In this document: one piece after another, positions 57,615 to 57,791 of the stretch
Position numbering within the stretch: the first letter of the stretch is position 1
Layout: every line of letters begins with the position of its first letter
Assembly: GCA_038121045.1 (NCBI GenBank)
Contig: JAYOMW010000002.1
Coordinates: forward strand, 1-57,791
Direction: 5' to 3'
DNA length: 57,791 nucleotides
Origin: Opitutia bacterium
Lineage (GTDB): Bacteria; Verrucomicrobiota; Verrucomicrobiia; Opitutales; Seribacteraceae
Position numbers and translations under genes: made by a program
Notes under the pieces: generated by a model
Database searches by the model: none
What the model was told of the DNA's origin: nothing
The model's input: the letters and a program-made list of their open reading frames with translations, nothing else

Positions 57615-57791
57615 ATGAAGAAGCCCATCGCCTCGTTGTTCCTTTTCTTCACTCTTCTGCCTGCCCTCCTTTGGGCAAGCCCGCCCGTTCCCTTCAGCGG
57701 GAAGGTCGCCATCAACGGGGTGAACTATCACGGGACGGCCAAGTTCGTCTTTGCGATCCGTGATCATTCGGGAACGGTCCATTGGCGAAAC
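57615..57791 (+). CDS. 3'-truncated secreted protein (signal peptide plus N-terminal domain)
   Basis: MKKPIASLFLFFTLLPALLWASPPVPFSGKVAINGVNYHGTAKFVFAIRDHSGTVHWRN, open to the window end; TTGACA at 57577 upstream. Confidence 0.8.
   Translation, partial: MKKPIASLFLFFTLLPALLWASPPVPFSGKVAINGVNYHGTAKFVFAIRDHSGTVHWRN

Noticed and set aside
1-57791. CRISPR arrays, tRNA/rRNA, IS elements, prophage
   Set aside because: No regularly spaced repeats, cloverleafs, transposase, integrase or phage structural genes were seen by eye.

Overview
About 58 kb of bacterial chromosome, most likely from a marine Verrucomicrobiota (Opitutales-like) genome. That taxonomy is inferred from gene style: rplM-rpsI followed by argCJB, an Opitutae-type T2SS cluster, a Trp-rich-tailed LamG protein, an SHD1-like domain and few Shine-Dalgarno sites. 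Housekeeping genes: nadD-rsfS, a lone nuoA, uvrB, sod, tadA, infA, cysK, dtd, pgi, ilvD, pheA, nrdR, trpG/pabA, argCJBDFG, rpsI, rplM and htpG. There is a type II secretion-like operon (G-H-I-J-K-L-M-D-C-like-E-F) followed by a MORN lipoprotein. I saw no rRNA, tRNA, CRISPR array or transposase. Best candidates for undescribed biology: (1) a three-gene ExbB/MotA-type ion-motor module (37330-40501) with two different ExbD-like partners, one lacking the proton-carrying Asp and carrying an inserted SHD1-like domain, next to a paralogous lipoprotein family with PF/DPF proline-rich tails; (2) a TIR-TM-TPR receptor-like protein coupled to a HAD phosphatase; (3) a PTS-EIIA/diadenylate-cyclase fusion; (4) a Trp-rich C-terminal putative sorting or anchoring domain. 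Also found: a DUF4870-like pseudogene missed by the ORF track, probable leaderless promoters and a REP-like element. All family assignments are by-eye motif recognition; no database search was run.
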